Shown here in pieces: positions 62,560-64,000 of a stretch of DNA of 64,000 nucleotides. Made by a program: the position numbers and the translations under genes. The DNA is from an uncultured Spirochaetota bacterium (GTDB lineage Bacteria > Spirochaetota > Spirochaetia > SZUA-6 > Fen-1364), in assembly GCA_963845535.1 (NCBI GenBank), contig CAWJSK010000004.1:175916-239915 (forward strand). The letters are read 5' to 3'. Position 1 is the first letter of the stretch, and each line of letters opens with the position of its first letter. The notes beneath the pieces are model-generated. The model searched no databases. It saw nothing but the letters and a program-made list of their open reading frames with translations, and was not told the origin of the DNA.

Positions 62560-63944
62560 GTACGCCTCCTCTGGTAGGAAGAGTCTATGGCCAGCTCGCC
62601 GCGGTACTTGGCGACTGTCCTTCGGGCTATTGATACGCCCTGAACGGCCAGCATCTCCACGATTTTCTGGTCCGAAAGGGCCCCCCCTCCTTCCTTTCCA
62701 ATGATTTCGCGAATGATTTCCTTGACGCCCTCCTTCGAGAAACGCGAGCCGCTTGTCCCCGTACCCGCCACCGAGTTGGAGAAGAAATGCTTCAGCGCGA
62801 AAATGCCCCACTCTGTCTGTACGTACTTCGCCGAGGTGATCCTGGATACGGTGGCCTCGTGGACGCCGATCTCCCCGGCAACGTCCTTCAACGTCAAAGG
62901 CTTCAGGTACTTGGGGCCTTTGAGAAAGAACTCCCGCTGGAACTCCACGATGGCGCGGCACACCTTCAGCAGCGTTTCGTTCCTCTGCCCGATTGTGCGG
63001 ATGAACCACCGGGCGTCCTGGAGGTTCTGCGTGACAAACTGCCGGGTCTTCGGGTCTTTCGCCTTCTCCTTTTGAGCGGACATCTGCTCGAACAGCGGGT
63101 TGATGCCGAGGACGGGAATGACCTCATCGTTCAATATAATCACGAACTCACCGTCCTGGAGGGTGATCTGGACGTCCGGAAGGACGTAGCGCACCACGTC
63201 GCGGGTGAAGCTCCTTCCCGGAAGCGGATCCAGGGTGCGGACGAACGCAACGATCTCCCTCAGCCGTGCCTCGGAGATCCGCATTCCTTTTTCGATGTCC
63301 CGCAGTTTTTGCTTTTCGAGCTCCGCAAACCACTTTTCCACGAGCTCCGCCGCCCTCGGGTGAGGCGACGGATGGCGCCTGATCTGGACCAGGAGGCTTT
63401 CCTGGACGTCCCTTACGCACACCCCGAGGGGGTCCAGGCCTTGAATGAGGTCGAGGACCTTCGGGAAAGCTTCCTTCTCTTTGTCTTCCTTCAGCAATAT
63501 CTCGGGCGGCTCGCGGTGGAAGCCGTTCTCATCAAGGTTGCGGATCAGAAGCTCCCCGACGGTCAGCCACAGCTCAGGAATGGGCTGCAGCGCGAGCTGC
63601 CCCAGAAGATGGTCCTGGAGGCTTTCGGGAAGCGAAAGAGCACCCTCGATGAACTGCCGCCGCGCGTCACTGGCGGCTTCCGCATCCGCGCGGGAGTAGC
63701 CGGTGTCCGAGGAATGATCGAAGAAGTCCCCGTCTCCCTCACTCTTTTCACGGGCGGGCAGCGCGTCCAGGGAGACCGTGGAGCGGTCCTCTACGACCTG
63801 GAGAGCCGGATTTTTCTCCAGCTCTTCCTCGATGGTTGTCCGAAGCTCCTGCAGGGGGAGGGCCATGAGCCGCACCGCCTGGTAGAGCTGAGGCGTCATT
63901 TTAAGCTTCTGGACCTGCTTGAGGACTGGCCGCTGGGACTGCAC
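62556..63944 (-). CDS. rpoN: RNA polymerase sigma-54 factor
   Basis: MTPQLYQ, ELEKNPAL, HEATVSR, RpoN box ARRTVAKYR. Confidence 0.97.
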   Translation of the reverse strand: MQSQRPVLKQVQKLKMTPQLYQAVRLMALPLQELRTTIEEELEKNPALQVVEDRSTVSLDALPAREKSEGDGDFFDHSSDTGYSRADAEAASDARRQFIEGALSLPESLQDHLLGQLALQPIPELWLTVGELLIRNLDENGFHREPPEILLKEDKEKEAFPKVLDLIQGLDPLGVCVRDVQESLLVQIRRHPSPHPRAAELVEKWFAELEKQKLRDIEKGMRISEARLREIVAFVRTLDPLPGRSFTRDVVRYVLPDVQITLQDGEFVIILNDEVIPVLGINPLFEQMSAQKEKAKDPKTRQFVTQNLQDARWFIRTIGQRNETLLKVCRAIVEFQREFFLKGPKYLKPLTLKDVAGEIGVHEATVSRITSAKYVQTEWGIFALKHFFSNSVAGTGTSGSRFSKEGVKEIIREIIGKEGGGALSDQKIVEMLAVQGVSIARRTVAKYRGELAIDSSYQRRRT

Positions 63945-64000
63945 GAAACCTCCGCCCCGATTGTGCGGCAGGGCGGATCATTTTGTCAATGTTGATCTAT

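Overview
GC-rich bacterial chromosome segment spanning the replication origin, most consistent with a member of Spirochaetia (inferred from gene order, tRNA-Arg(GCG) and the rpoN-hpf-hprK-ptsH cluster). It is almost entirely core genome: gatCAB, recR-ybaB-dnaX, SRP RNA, a five-tRNA cluster, parAB with two parS sites, nrdDG, gyrAB, dnaA-oriC-dnaN-recF-dciA, rpmH-rnpA-yidD-yidC-jag, purA, apbE, a sulfur gene cluster, gap, pncB-dcd-neuB, lon, a LamG/FN3-TPR-HDOD-MBL operon, uvrC and an rpoN...ntrYX-lexA-holA operon. I found no phage, IS, integrase or CRISPR array. The most notable observations are: (1) about 16 stem-loops with variable stems but invariant CA(N)GGANG loops (CsrA/RsmA-site-like) in the tRNA spacers and just after dnaA; (2) GatB fused in frame to a degenerate asparaginase/GatD-like domain; (3) a CNNM/CBS membrane protein ending in a PTS EIIA domain; (4) a candidate ~75-nt sRNA with anti-SD tracts; (5) six apparent single-base frameshifts in conserved genes, probably assembly errors.
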